A DNA stretch of 62,673 bases, filler included, from Choristocarpus tenellus KU-1152 (taxonomy: Eukaryota > Protista > Phaeophyceae): the NCBI GenBank assembly GCA_964200185.2. It is 10 parts of 10 records of this genome, joined end to end, with 100 filler letters (N's around TTAATTAATTAA, not from the genome) between each part and the next. Parts side by side here need not be neighbours in the genome. Positions count along the whole stretch, not along the records: positions 25,581 to 33,871 come from CAXNAD020004890.1; positions 33,972 to 42,646 come from CAXNAD020004455.1; positions 42,747 to 45,896 come from CAXNAD020021947.1; 7 more parts are not named here. One strand, written 5' to 3'. Shown here in pieces: positions 29,143 through 43,249 of this stretch. A program made the translations under genes and the position numbers. The stretch's first letter is position 1; every line of letters begins with the position of its first letter. The notes beneath the pieces were generated by a model. That model saw only the letters and a program-made list of their open reading frames with translations, searched no databases and was not told where the DNA came from.

Positions 29143-32100
29143 CTACACATCTGTGGTTCCCTCATATCTTTCCCTTCTCTTAGAGGGTAGCCATCGGTGG
29201 TCCTTTGATGCATTTCTTTTCCGCTTCTTTTCCAAAAATTTCTTCAGTTTCCCCTCCTCCTTGAGTGCAGAAAACCTGAACAGAAGAAATATGATTGGAT
29301 TTACATCTTGAAATAAAAACAGCAAAACAATCTTAACACTTTTATGGTTCAAACACATGTGGTGCCCTGCATGATAGAGTGTGTTACATATAATACATAT
29401 AATAGTGATGTAGTGTGTTACACATAGAATGCCTCCGTGTTAGCACTCACTCATTTACAAAGGTACTTCTCCAATTCCTACTTGTGTATCAACTACCTAC
29501 AGTCCTCCATTCCAGAGGTATGTGTCACCACTCAAGTGAACTATAATCTCATTGAGAGCAATTTTGAAGGAAATGATTGTTTTTGCAAGGAACAAGTGTA
29601 CCCATCACACAGTCTGGAGTGAGAAAGATGTCCAACTCAAGGCATTAATAATAATAATAATAATAATAATGTCGGGAAAAAAAAAACTGTACAGGGATTA
29701 CCCTTCATTGAAAGTGAAGCAGCAACATTCTTACACAGGAACAAGAGAAAAGAGAGTTAACCACTTTAGCCCAGAAACATAGTTTTTGTTAACCTCTTTA
29801 CCCCAGAAACCACATCTGCAGATGACTACACACCTACTAGACCCCTGTCAAGAGCTTGAAAGCTTGGGTAACACGTGACACACACATGAATGGAATTGGT
29901 AACATGTAATGGAATTGGGTAGTCTCAATCCAAGAGTCCTCAGCAATGAGACACACTCCAGTCACACTGAGCTTGATTACATTAATACTCTATGAATGAG
30001 CATTAGATTATTTACACAAAATGCAGAAGATCTACAGCCTCATCTACTTTAACCATGAATGTATGATGGATCTTGCAAGGGGGTAGGTTGATCCAAATAA
30101 TAGCTAACAAGAAAATTAAGAGCGTGGGCAAGTTAGGTGCTCTTAAGAGCACAAATGCAGGCACTGGTGAAAATAACCAGTACACACCACAGAGGAGATA
30201 TTCTTATGTTGCTACAGCATCTTCACTACAGAATGATAGATGAACATACATTTAGGCTTCCTCAAAAGGTGACTTGCAAAAAAAGATTTTAAAAGTTGTC
30301 CCTGATCATTTCCTTCCCTTTACAAGCACCAGGCATGAATAAACCTTTCACCACCATTGTTTTGACAATGTCAAGAAAAAAGGGACCATGTGTATCACCA
30401 TTCACAATAAATAAATACACTCATACCTTTGGTCCAAGTTGATCCTCTTCTTCTCACTGCCCTTGAGAAAGTAAGGCTTCTTCCCACTGGCCACAGCATC
30501 TCTCTCTGCCCTCTTTGCTTCACGGAGGGCAGTCTGGCAGCGGTCTCCCTGTGATCTCTCAGCTCTATTTATTATATTTTTATTTTTATTTATATATATA
30601 TTGTCCGCATCACAAAGAATTTAAGAGTCATTGTTTTCAAATGTTCAAGGAATAGAAGATGCATCTATAGGGGTATGTTGAAGTCATAATAACCCTAACC
30701 CTAAGCTGAATCTGTGCCATCGTACTCTCCAATAACATATGAGGAAGGCGTAAGACAATCTTACATCACAAAGGAGGGTCTAAGGAATTCAAGCACATGT
30801 CATCACAACTGATAACTTGGAGAACCCACCTATCCTGCTGAAGCCGGTTCAAGACTTCACGAATTCGCCCAGCATTCTCCTGAAGATGATTGAGGTGCAA
30901 TAGAGACTGGGGGTTACAAATATCGCAAACATAACAAACACAACAAAATTGAGAACACACCTGCATGAAGAGCACATGTTTGTTTGCACAGTGTCAATGT
31001 ACTAAAAAAAAATGGGTTTACGAAAGGAAATATATAATGACAGTTTCATTCATTAACATTTCATCTCAATTTGTCCACGATAAACAGGAGCGCAAAAATA
31101 GATCTACCTCAAGTTACACAACAAAATTTACAACAATACCAGGCCTGCCTTCAAACAAAAGTGCACTGCAACAGCAACAGTTTCAACAGGAAGGAACACA
31201 CTCCCAGACCTGATTCTTCTCCTTCTTGAGAGATTTCTTGAGCTCAACTATCTCCTTATCCTGATAGTCATCCAGAAAGCTGTATGACTTTCGAAATATA
31301 TCATAGTTGAGTTTGCTCACACTTCCTCCACCTTCAAATCGTGGATCTGACAAGAAAGAAGTTGCCTTTTAGGAAAATTTCAACCCAACCTAAAAAAACG
31401 AAGGAGTGATCTACAGTCATTAGTTATTTTCCTTCTGGTAATCTGTGTATCTCAAGCAGAGTGTAGTGCTTTCTTATTAGTAACTTTCGATCATGGGGGT
31501 GACTATTAGTATGTGACCCAGACTAATATGAATAATAACAATAATAACATACTCTACTTTCATGTGTTTCCCATGATTTCACCACCCAACAAACACAAGC
31601 ACAAAGTGGATATTTTTACTTGCAGTGTGAGCATTTCCACCCAAAACATAATCCTATCAGAGCTGCCCACCAGTATTATCATTAGACCTATTGAGGTTTA
31701 TGACAAAGAATGTATACAACAACAGCACAACCATTACATTCTTATGGGTGCTACAAAGGCTACGTAATGCACAGCAACAGTACACACCATTGAAAGTGAT
31801 CTTCTCAAAGATTTACAAAAACATCGAGGGAGGAGATCTGTCTCTCCAAGCTAGAAACTGAAAGCTACTCACCTCTTGATTTTTGGTGAGTGACCTTAAC
31901 CACCTCCCGGAATCGCCCCACTGGTCGATTTGAAGGCACCTATGACATCAAGCACCAAACACAGTAACAGATATCAGAAGATAATTACCAACATTTGAAC
32001 ACAATAAAAATGTCACTCATGTGTGACACAACCCCCGAGCCTGACAACATGCAGATGAGATATTTTCATAGGTACCTCACTTTTTGGTCAGAATTGACAT

Positions 32101-33469
32101 TCCAAAAGAAAAAATCAGCGAAAGTGACTGATACCTCTTGGGGACGATTCTTGTTGGGGCGACCACGGGTTTTGTCTTGCTCTGTTGCATGCGGCTCTAC
32201 TTGTCCCCTCCCGATGGTGGTGTCGATCTGTGCGTGAAGAAATTTCGTGGAGGTGTGAGAGGCTTGTACACAGTGTGCAGCACAAAGTACACCCAACAAA
32301 TCATTTACATGAAGTCAGGGTGTGAATGAAGTATCAACTCAAGCAGTAAAACACCAAACCCAGGTACATGCGTGACGAAGGATGGTACACCCTTACACTT
32401 TTCATGTCTCTGAACAGATAATTCTAAATATAAAATGATTGAGATACGCTATACTAACCCTTGGTTTGCCTTTCAGTTGCTGTTTGGAAGTATGGTCCAG
32501 GTGCGCATGTATTTTTCCTCCTTTAATCATCCTATTTGCCTTGTTGGTGAGCTTCTTGCGCTGGATTGGACCATTCCCGCTGGCAAGATGCTCCAAACGT
32601 TCGGTCAAGGATAGTTCCTGAAAAGCAGTCCATTCTTGTTAGACGTGATGCACTTTTTTTTCAGTTGTTGTCTTACAAGAGGAAGCGGACAAGATGCCTA
32701 CGACCATGCTTTGAGCTTTGCGCAAGCATCACCGAAGGTGTGTGATGCCTCTCTTGTACATTTGATATGAGCCAAAAGTGACCCAATCGAATATTCATCT
32801 ATCAATGGAGGTGAAGGCAGCATACTTACCCGTTCTTCATCATTTTCCGCTGTACTCGGTGCCCACCAAGCACAAGCTCCATCCTCCACATCGCTAAGAT
32901 CGTCGCCAGCCTCCTTTTGTCCTTCAGCATTGGTTGGGCAATCTCCTCGACTACCACTTGTATCACAATCACTCTCACCTGGTAGCGGTACAGAAAGTCA
33001 ACTTGGCGATGAGATAATGGTCAAGTCGAAGACAAAGTTCTCCACAACTGCCTTACCTCACCATTTCTATCAGTATTGTTGTACTTCACGTCGAAAGGCT
33101 GTGAGTCCGCAAGTTGTAGGACTGGATCCTGTCGACCATCACGTGAGACCTGTCGATAGTTTTTCGATTACATCCCCTAGATAGATACATTTTATGCAGG
33201 TATTGGTCACAGCTTTTCTAACAATAGGATTGACCTACATGGACAAGACAAGGAAGATCAAATAATCCTCGCCTGACATTGTGTCGATGTTTAACCAAGT
33301 CAATTCTAACAACAAGATATATGTTAGTAAGGAATCTAATAACTTCTACTGGGCCAAGTAAACCTACCCCTGACGTGCGCTTCCTTTTCCGCACCATGGC
33401 TTGTCTCTTTCGGTTTTGACCCATCGTTCCGACCTTCTCTAACCTCCGAACTCGACGCTCATCACCCAT
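29143..33469 (-). CDS. RRP36: rRNA-processing protein RRP36 (DUF947), ~10 exons including 31939-31873, 31346-31210, 30879-30830, 30564-30427, 29275-29143
   Basis: Spliced KNRPQEVPSNRPVGRFREVV...SRDPRF...FRKSYSFLDDYQDKEI...GKKPYFLK...LKKFLEKKRKRNASKDHRWLP. The 5' exons are less certain. Confidence 0.88.
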
Positions 33470-35620
33470 CCGATTCCAAGAGGGTGGTGATTGAATATTG
33501 TTGGGAAATGGGGAGTATTTCCCTCATTTTTCGAGTTCAAACCCCATCATGGAGGACGCTGTTTTCTAAAATATGTTTTTAAAATATTCATTCACCTATA
33601 TTATACAGTGGGTTACCCGATTTTGGGCCAAATATTATGAACCAAATCAATTTTGTACCGCTTTTTTCGACATGCTCAAAAATAGTATTTTGTACCGTAA
33701 TTATCGTATTCGGGCGATTTGGCACAAAATCCCAGATATATTCACGCGAATTTGGCGCGCGCGCAAAAATTTCTCGGGAAAAGTGCCCTTCTTCCTGGGT
33801 CATTCTATCATACAGCAGTACAATACGTTGCTGGTAGGGGTATAAAGTGGAAGCCATGCATTGTGCAGCGGNNNNNNNNNNNNNNNNNNNNNNNNNNNNN
33901 NNNNNNNNNNNNNNNTTAATTAATTAANNNNNNNNNNNNNNNNNNNNNNNNNNNNNNNNNNNNNNNNNNNNGGGGGGGGGAGTGGTTAGGGGGGGGGGTT
34001 GTCATTACAGAGACAAATCATTACAGAAACAGCTTGTGTGAGGGTTTAGGATGAAAAGAACTTGACGTCTTTATGATGTGAGAGACGTGTGAAAAACGCC
34101 TACACATTATCATAAAAATGCCTCCATCTTATCATGCGCATACTATGGGATGGGGAACTCAAAGGAACTATCACTTCGCAGTCTATAGGATGTGTGCCAG
34201 AGATGCAGAAAGCAACTTTAGCATCTCTGCCTACGGTTATCTATCTATCATCCAATCTGAAAAACAACCTCTTCCTTCCTTCTTTCGAAGTTTTTCAATC
34301 CATCGATCATCACCATTCCAATTCGAGAATCGCACAGAAAGTCTAACAATTTAGAACAATTTAGAACATTATTAGCACATGACTAAGAGGTCTTACCGAC
34401 ATTTGAATACATACCCTACTACATCTGAAAACTTCAAGTCTGTTGTGGTGTAAGAGGCATAGGTCACACTTCAGTCAGCTATACGGGTTGAGCACTAATG
34501 AATCACATTAGCAGGGTACATGGGAAACTCCCGCCCATATAAATTCTTCACAACAAACATGCCAATGTCATTCTCCTATTCTGTACGCAATTTCTTCAAC
34601 ATGTTTTTAGAGACTCTCTATCCGTAGTAAGCAAACCAAGAGAATGCAAAACCTCGTCATTAGACTCATCCAAAACAGTTTGCAGCAACTCCTGGGAATC
34701 TATACCTCAAAAAATCAAAACTTTCACATGGCATGGCATGTTGTTGACCTGTTCAGCACGTTCACAACCCAGAAACAATACGATGACAGCTGATGAAGTT
34801 TCATTCATTCGTTCATTCCTCTATCACCATCAAAAGACATACATCACACATCATTTCTTTCAGTGAGCGCACTCATATCAATTAATTCAAAGCAAGAAAA
34901 AATGAGTTTGAGGGTGGCATTCATTGCCATGAATTTCGTAACTGATCAGTAAGTCATACATGACATTGCAGAAGCGATGCTGGTCACAAGCTATTAACAC
35001 TATGAACACTACAAGACCCTGTAACACATATGAACGCACATAGGACAGTCACACTTTCACCAACAAGTGCTCGCACAAGTTTGTTGAGGGGCCCACTGCC
35101 AACCTGAAGGTCTGATTCACACAAGTGTCTAGAATGAGTATAAACCCAGAGGAATGACTTCCATGAGAATGGAGGCAGTACCACTGTATGGATTCTTACA
35201 CATTGGAGTTGTTACAGCGCAGTTCCCCGGAATGTGAACATCAACATTCAAAACGAATCATTAAAATCACGTCTGCGAATGAGCTGAGAACCCCTCGAGT
35301 AATGAAAACTCAAAAATTGTCACCTCTTATCAAAAATGAAAGAGAGAATGCAGTTGAGATTGAGGAGAAAGCACTCAGTACTCAAAGTGCTACTGAAGGA
35401 AGAAACTATTCTACAACGATCGACTACTGACCGCAACTGTTTTCCCTACCAAACCCTGGAGATCCAGATATAGTCGTACCTCACCGATTCATCAACCATA
35501 ATAAGATCCAGTCCATCTCTGTAGACTGCCTGCCTACTATGTGGCACATAATCAAAGGCCCTGTCAAAAAAAAAACGGAGAGCAGACAAGAATAAAGTGT
35601 ACGGAAAAGAAAAGTCTCAC

Positions 35621-37095
35621 CTTCCCATCACGGTTGTACTGAGACCCGTGGCAAGGGCAGATGAACTTGTTCTCCGCCTTGTTCCAGGGCACCACACACC
35701 CCAAGTGGGTGCACACAGCCACAATACCGAAGTCCTCGATCTTCTTGTCATTGGTCACTGTGAGGTAGGTGGCATCCCCCTGCGCAGAAGTGTCAAGGGG
35801 GGTAAAGTGTGTGCTCAAATTGAATCCCGTAGGTTGCTATGCAAACTTCTCTCTCATCTTGGTCGTTGACGGGTTAACTCTTTTTCTCGTGTGCTACGTA
35901 CACGCACAAGAGTTGATCATAGGTTCGTGTCAATTCCAATATTACCAGCTGCTTTAGAAGTCGCCTCACTGTACGGGTTCAAAATAACTGCGTTCAGACG
36001 TTCACTCCTGATTCCTATGCGCATTTACGTCATGTTAACAGTGGGGCCAAAAAGAGACTTGGGTGTATGTATATGCTTTCGTTCGGTACTTACGAGTAGA
36101 TCGAGTTATCATACGACTACAACATGTAACCAACCTTGATTCCCTCAGCAAGCTCCCTGCTGCCAGGAAGGTGGGTGGCGACCCAGCCATCGACCGTGAC
36201 ATCGTTTCCGACAGCATCGCGAGCGGTCACTCCCCCTCCAGCGCCACCCCCTCCTGGGGGCACAAAGAAGGCGAGGTAAGGAATTGCTAGGCCGAGGACG
36301 TTCACGCCGATCGAGCCAGCAAGGATGAGGTTCATCGCTTGGCGACGGCTCATGTCTGGGACGAAGGAGTCATCCTGGGCGGCCGACATGCGCACGACCT
36401 TCGAGGAAGAGGCAACATTCTGCACGAAAGAAGAGGTGAGGAGAACGTGATCAGGGTGATTCTAGCCGTGTATATTTTGATTAGGCATGAGCACTCACAC
36501 AAACTCACGTCCATCGGAGCCATGTACGAAAAGGTATGTCGGCATACAATCTGCGATCATCGTGATTGTGGGTACCACTCCCGACCCTCGATTGTTAGAC
36601 ACCTTGTCACAATCTAGTGATAAAATATTTGAAGAATGGCTCACTCGGCTCAAATGCGGTGGCAAGTCTAGTGATAGCCTCTACCTATCCGGAGAATCAA
36701 TTTCATCGACATCGTCCATCCTCTCATAAGGAACCCTTCGTAATGAAGCCCATACCACCAAGCTATGCACAAGAGTGCTAACATGAACCACCACAACCAA
36801 CCAACTCCTCTAAAATAGGTAGATATTGGTGGCCTAAACCGAATAGCACAAACTCACATCCCCCTCTTACCGCCATTGTATCATAAGTAGTTCCCCTGTA
36901 AATCATTTAATTATTCATTCCCCCCGTTTCCTCCAACTAGTGTGAATTAAAAGCGACACCCTTTGTGTATGTGCTTACCCGTGCTGACACAGCTGAACCC
37001 GAGAAGGTCTTGGATGCCACGGGCGCCATGAAGGCAGAGGCGGAGTTGGCGCCTACAAGGGCCACCAGGGCGGAGATTGCCAGAGTCCTGAACAT
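35621..37095 (-). CDS. petC: Nuclear-encoded cytochrome b6f Rieske Fe-S protein with bipartite plastid leader; exons 37095-36979, 36419-36135, 35779-35621; last exon not found
   Basis: Leader [25 protein letters not shown]; [25 protein letters not shown], and Rieske boxes CTHLGCVV and CPCHGSQY; all phase-0 introns. Confidence 0.96.
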
Positions 37096-38644
37096 TGTTC
37101 CTGAACCTGAGCAGAAATTTGGTTTCTAAGTAGCTTTGTATGTGGTCGCTTTCCTATTTCCACACTCGACCCAGCATGAACAGTGAATATGATGCGTGTG
37201 TCAGACATAGTTAAAAACATATTTTTTTTATCTGCGTGTAGCTCGCGGCGAAAGCTGTTACAATAGATTGAAGAATTAAAATATCAAATAATAGGTGGAA
37301 CTACTCCTCATATATTTTCTTTTTCTTAACGTGTTATTCCACGTCATAATGATACACAATACAACAAAATTGAAATAAATTTGTAACTAATAATAATTAA
37401 TCATTGGTCCTTAACCTACCTTCGTATATTTAGAGAATTGGAGAATGCCATTCATTCATTGGCCAAATAAAATATATGAACGTCAAGTTAAGAGGCGTTT
37501 GGGGGTTGTAGTTAGATGCCATATTTTGTCACAACCAATACAAACGATTTTTTCGTCTGCCTTGTGGAATGTTGTTTGTCATCGCCCTCATGATCAACTC
37601 TATCCTATCTCCTCAACCATATAAAGGTAACCATAGAACACCAACTTTCGTATATTTATGCTGCGAGTATTTTGATGTGTGTGTGTGTTTCGTATGTAGA
37701 GGGGAAACTCAGTACTTTGTTTTCTCGTTGCTCACCGAACAAATCAAGCAGTCCGTGTCATTTATCACGAGAAAGGACGACCTGGGTCACAATGAAAGGG
37801 ATTTCGGGACTATTCTAGATATAATGTGTGAGGAGGGTAGGACTGAGATAGTTCGAGGGAAAGAAAGTACTATACGAACTATGTAGTTAACATGTTGCTA
37901 CAAATTACTACCAGAGTAGTACGTAGTACATCAAAAGCTATTTTTATCTACCTTTTTGGGAGTAGGGTCACTGCCAATGCTCACTTGACATAACAATATT
38001 CGAACCTTTTCCTCTGGGAAGCAATGATGTCTTTGAGAGGACAAATATGCGCCCTACTTGAACAATACCATTCATTCCGGTATCAGGCAGCCCTAGGCAA
38101 GGCACAATGATGCACCAATTTGTTTTGCCCAGAGAAGCAGCACAGAGTTCAAGCACTCGCTAACGTACATGATTTGGGACAGGTCAAAGCTCCCAGAATT
38201 GTAACGACACATTGGAGACATCTTAAATGATTCTCACTCAATACTTCAAATTTCTGTTATGTGGTTTGAACATGTGAGTATATATAAATGCGCAGCAGAA
38301 TACAGATATGTTTACTTTCTCTTGTCAGTTTGTACCCATTCACTGGGAGGGTCTCTGAGAAGTTCAAAGTGCTATCTCTCAAGGGGACAATGATCATATC
38401 AATACTTGAAGTACAAATGGTCATACTCCATAGGTTCTTCTGCACCTCTATGGTATATTCTCCAAGCAAGTAGATAATTTGTATGATGTGTACCATGTTG
38501 AAAACCTATTGAATTAGTACGCAATAATAGAGTCCTCCCTGACGTCGTCGTTTATTCCAAATATATTGAATTACTTTTGTCCCCAAACATTTTGCTGATA
38601 GATGATATCATGAGGGGGAAGGGGCAAGATTCAACATACAACAT

Positions 38645-38906
38645 GAGTCGAAGAATCTTAGAGGGTAGAGCCACGTCCGTTCGGGGGTTAAGATCCAATG
38701 TTGCGATTTTGATGTAAATTTGGCTATCGTGGTTGTTAGGAATTGTCAATATCCTTGTTCCGGACACACCTTTTCGTAACGTATACATTTGACCTAACTC
38801 CAAAATGTTTCAGAGTAGGTAAAATGTCATTTAAAAAAAACGTGGGGAGTCAAGCCCCAAACGGACAAACAGGGCAAAACCCCTACCCTCTACGATACTT
38901 TCACTC
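38645..38906 (+). mobile_element. MITE family B (~260 bp)
   Basis: GAGTCGAAGAATCTTAGAGGGTA...TACCCTCTACGATACTTTCACTC with flanks ACAT/ATAT; homologous to 39190-39453, 41629-41832 and 60423-60677. Confidence 0.85.
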
Positions 38907-39189
38907 ATATGCAAGGAATACAACAAACACACCAACAAAGTATTAATTGCTTTCACCAAACAAATGTCTGGTACTAGTCTGGGTGGTATGGCGTTTTATA
39001 TGGTAAAGCGACCTATTCATCACTCAATGTATACTTGGAACAGGTAGGAAAGAACCCGACTGTACATAGGGGAACGCCTGGATAAAGATGGTGGATTAGA
39101 GTTGTGATTTGTGGGTGTGGATGTCTGTGTGCATGTGGATATATGCTTGCATGTGAGCATGAAGGTACGCATTTGTGTTTCTCCCATTT

Positions 39190-39453
39190 GAATCAAAGCA
39201 TCTAAGAGGCTAGGAGTTTTGCCCTGCTTGTCCGTTTGGGGCTTGACTTTCCACGGGTATTTATGCCCTTTTTTGGTTTTCTGTGCGAACACAGCTATCT
39301 ACCCAAATTCTTTCGGAGTACGACTATGAAAGGTGTGTCCCGAGCAAGGATATTGACACTTGCTAACAAACACAACCGATATTCATCAAAATCGCAACAT
39401 TGGATTTATGACCCCAAACAGACGCGGTCCTACCCTCTCAAATGATTTGGGAC
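39190..39453 (-). mobile_element. MITE family B, diverged reverse copy
   Basis: Reverse-complement similarity to 38645-38906, e.g. TTTTGCCCTGCTTGTCCGTTTGGGGCTTGACT and CATCAAAATCGCAACATTGGAT. Confidence 0.75.
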
Positions 39454-41628
39454 ATTTATAAGAGGGAGGTGTCTGAGTTGGTCGATACTATTGAGTGTCC
39501 TAGAAATGAGACATGCTACATAATCTGCTGTCCTTTCGATCAGGAATAGGAATAGGTCTATGCTCCTTGCTATGGGTGATCCAATTAATGCTTCTGGTCA
39601 TTTCTGTGTTCCTACAATTAAGTTTTGCTCTTAAGTGTTACAATTTTTTTTATTGTCTAAGGATAGCGACAAGACTAGGGCAGTGAAGCATGGATCACCC
39701 CGGGTCTGTCCTCCTCTCTGCAAACTGCAAATGATGCAATCATGACCTTCTCAAGGTCACCCCTGCTCGCTATCTCCTGCTCCTTTCTGCATGGAATCCA
39801 CCAAAAACTGGAACTTGTAAAACGAAGTACGATCATTTCCCTGTACCTGCAGTGTAGGTGGTCATTCAGAGCAGCTATGATAACATTGGTACTAGTCAGC
39901 CAGCGTGTCCTGCGTCCATGGTAAGATGAGTAACAAGCTGCTGGCTGCACCGTTGATTAATGGCATACATTTCCTGACTTCAGGAACTACCGCTGCAAGT
40001 ACTGATTTGCTACTAATTATTACACTGCTAAAAGCAAGCCGTATTTATACCAACCTTAATCCGCATGATGAAGAAGCGTGTTGGTAATAGACGCAGGAGG
40101 GCATTAAATACGCCCTATAACTACTGTACAAGTGATTGATACCTCCACCAACACGCCAGAAACAGCCAGGCAGTTCATGCTCGATTCAGTTCAAATAACC
40201 TGTACGAGACTATCTGCTCAGGGGAAGCATCCCTAGATCTTGCATACCAGTGGAGGATAGTTCTCTAAGGGAAAGAAGTTGGTACTCGGGGAATGACACA
40301 AACCAATACACCCCTTGCAAAATATTCAGTTCGTAGGGGGTGAGTGAGGGTCATTGCCGAGATAGTCACAACAAGATTTCGGGAAAAATGAGGGTGGTTG
40401 AGGAATGTGAAGACCTAGGTTTTTTATGTTGCCACTTTGCGATTGCAAGCCTTGCAAAGACCAGCAACAGCTAAACCTCGGATGAATGAGGGTATGCCCA
40501 TTACATAGCTTCACAAAATCACATTCAGGAGAATAAGTGTTGCTCTTACAGTCTCGAAGTCAGGAGGGTGATCATTTGCGACAATAGATTAATCACTTGC
40601 ATAGAGAACAAAAGTAGTCGCAATGATAACAGGTAAACCCTTACAGACAAGCACTCAAAACAAATGCCCAGTACATTTCACCGTCTAACTCAAATTCGAG
40701 TGATAGTCCTTCTTCATCAAGTACAAAGCGTTGCAAATAATTCCGATTTTCACACCACCAAACGCACAGGTGAAACGAGGTAAAAGGCCGGGGACAAGAA
40801 TGACTGACACCAGTGTGACATGTACGTACTCATCCTAAACTAAATTGAAATTTATGTCTGGCATGCTGTACCCCTTATTTTATAATCAAGAGCTATCCGC
40901 AAACGCTGTCCGACAGGCATCAAGACAGGGTTGGAAATTGAGTATGTTCGGCACATCACTGGCCACACTCTTGGACGCCCCAAAGTCAATACCATATTTC
41001 AGTCCCAGAGACTCCCACATTATTCTGACCAGGCATTGTACCTAGAGAGAACTTTAGTCTCCAGACTTTTTTGTCCATCTCAATGGGCTGATCCCCTGCC
41101 ACAGTCGAGATTTTTGTCTCAATGGAGGGACTCACCCCCCCCTAGCGAGATATTGATGACGGGTGTCTCCTCTCTACAGTCAAAGAGTTGTAAACGAGTC
41201 CTGGCTGTGCTATCCCAAGAACTATCCGCGCCATACCTGGCACAAGACCCGGCCTTGCCAGTGTTCGCACGAGACCCAGCTGTGCTATGGCAACTACTTC
41301 GATTGACTATAATCTTCTTGGCTAAAAATGAACTCTCAGCCTCCTCTCAATAAACTTCCTGATACCCCTACAGAGATCAATATCTGGATCAGACTAATTC
41401 CTGGATCACTGCCCGCGTCCGCCCTTCTTTTCCTTGACGTTTTAGATAGTGCTTAGTGGTCATGTAGTCCTCATACAAGGTAGTTCAACACGGAAATTTG
41501 TAGTATTTATTTTGACATATCACCCCCCATCATTGCTACCTGGTCAACCCAGTCCACCATGGTGGTGAAGGTCACGCGGAGGACTGAACCCTTTGGCATC
41601 TTGACAGTCACTACCGTTTTTGAAGTTT

Positions 41629-41832
41629 GAGATAAAGTAACTTAGGGGATAGAGCCGCGCCCATCTGGGGGCCATAATACAATGTTGCAATTTTGATGTA
41701 ATTTTGGCTATCATGTTTTGAACAAAAGATGTCAATATCCTAGTAGGTAAAATGTCATTAAAACCCCGTGGGGAGCCAGGACCCAAATGGACAAACAGGG
41801 AAAAACTCGTACCCTCTAAGATACTCTCACTC
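41629..41832 (+). mobile_element. MITE family B, internally deleted copy
   Basis: GAGATAAAGTAACTTAGGGGATAGAG...TACCCTCTAAGATACTCTCACTC; lacks ~55 bp of the middle. Confidence 0.8.
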
Positions 41833-42020
41833 TCTTGCCATTTCCTCATCTAGCTTCACAAGGAGATGTCCTCTCAGTTGTTGCTTCAATGCTTCTGAAG
41901 GGGACGCTGGATTGCAGACTACAGTCTGGTAAAATACACTAGTGCTCCTTAGCGATATGACAAACGCCCTTTTGGCATTGTTGACATCTTCTTTACTCAC
42001 CCCATTTCCCTTCATGAAAT
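41833..42020 (-). mobile_element. Possible highly decayed copia-type gag remnant
   Basis: GVSKEDVNNAKRAF...ASPSEALKQ resembles the SPxEAW gag motif; no intact frame or confirmed pol motifs. Confidence 0.25.
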
Positions 42021-43249
42021 TGTCGTCACCCTCACAAAGAGGGTATTTCCTGACCTAGAAATCTGAGTCAACGTTATCTTTCGCGCCAATGGGAGCATGC
42101 ATTGTGGCAAACCAGTCCACATAATTATCGAATGTCAATTGCAGGAGTTAGTTCTGGTATCACTCTGAGACCATGAGTGCGAACTACCTGCCCAGGCACT
42201 GCATTTCTACCTTCGACTCCTCTAGCTTGTAGTATTTTATCACACCTCTAAGTGTATTTAAAAAAAGCACATTGAGGCTCATCGACAAGAACTGCTACTG
42301 GGTATATACGGCAGAGCATACCCTAAACAAAAAAATCAGGGGGAGGCTGAACCTTTGTCTTGGCATCAGCTGACACAACCACTTGTCTGAGTCCTCATAC
42401 CACTACTTGTAGCACTACTCTCTGTATTGTACTGAACACACGACAGACATACATGAAATTGTTGCACTGTGTTGTATGCTTGTACCTGCACACACAAGGA
42501 AAGCATGATGCAGATTATTGCGACAATGGCCCCCAAGAACGGAATAATAATTGGAGAGATAAGTTGCACTTGTGAAACAAACCCTCCCGCAACTGTCATG
42601 GATTTGTGTTCTGGACAGAACTAGGAAGCAGCCAAAGGGGGGGGGGNNNNNNNNNNNNNNNNNNNNNNNNNNNNNNNNNNNNNNNNNNNNTTAATTAATT
42701 AANNNNNNNNNNNNNNNNNNNNNNNNNNNNNNNNNNNNNNNNNNNNCCAGATACTTTGAGCCTCTTTGCCTGACTCAGAGTTGTATCCAAGCTCTTGAAA
42801 CGTGGTATGGGGGGAGGGGAGATCCACACTTCGGGGGGGGGGTACGCATTGTATTGTTGCCGATGGTTTCTGTGACCACTGCCGTTTGTTTTGCCCATGA
42901 TGCCAAGTCTTCCCCCATTGCACGATACACTAGGTCCACTATCTGTGGATGCTCGATCATTATGGGAAAACCTGAGGTTGGTGGGACAGGACAAGCAAGG
43001 CCAGAACAAGGCAACCTCCTAGCAATCTCTCATGGCGGACCACGGAGACAAGGAGATTGAGAAACACACTTCGATGTGGGATGGGTTCATCGGAAGAACG
43101 GACAGGAGGAGGGTTGAGAAGGAGGAAGGGAGTGGTGCGGGAGTGGGGGAACAAAACGGGGTGGGGGAAGAGGAGGACAAGGAATGGCAGTTTTCTCCAT
43201 TTTGGCAGAAAGGATGAGAGAGAAAACAATGATTCAAATGTGAAAGAAG

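Noticed and set aside
34984-35184. Candidate last petC exon (QVGSGPLNKL...)
   Set aside because: Lacks the conserved RGPAPLSLAL and downstream PW...DFR motifs.
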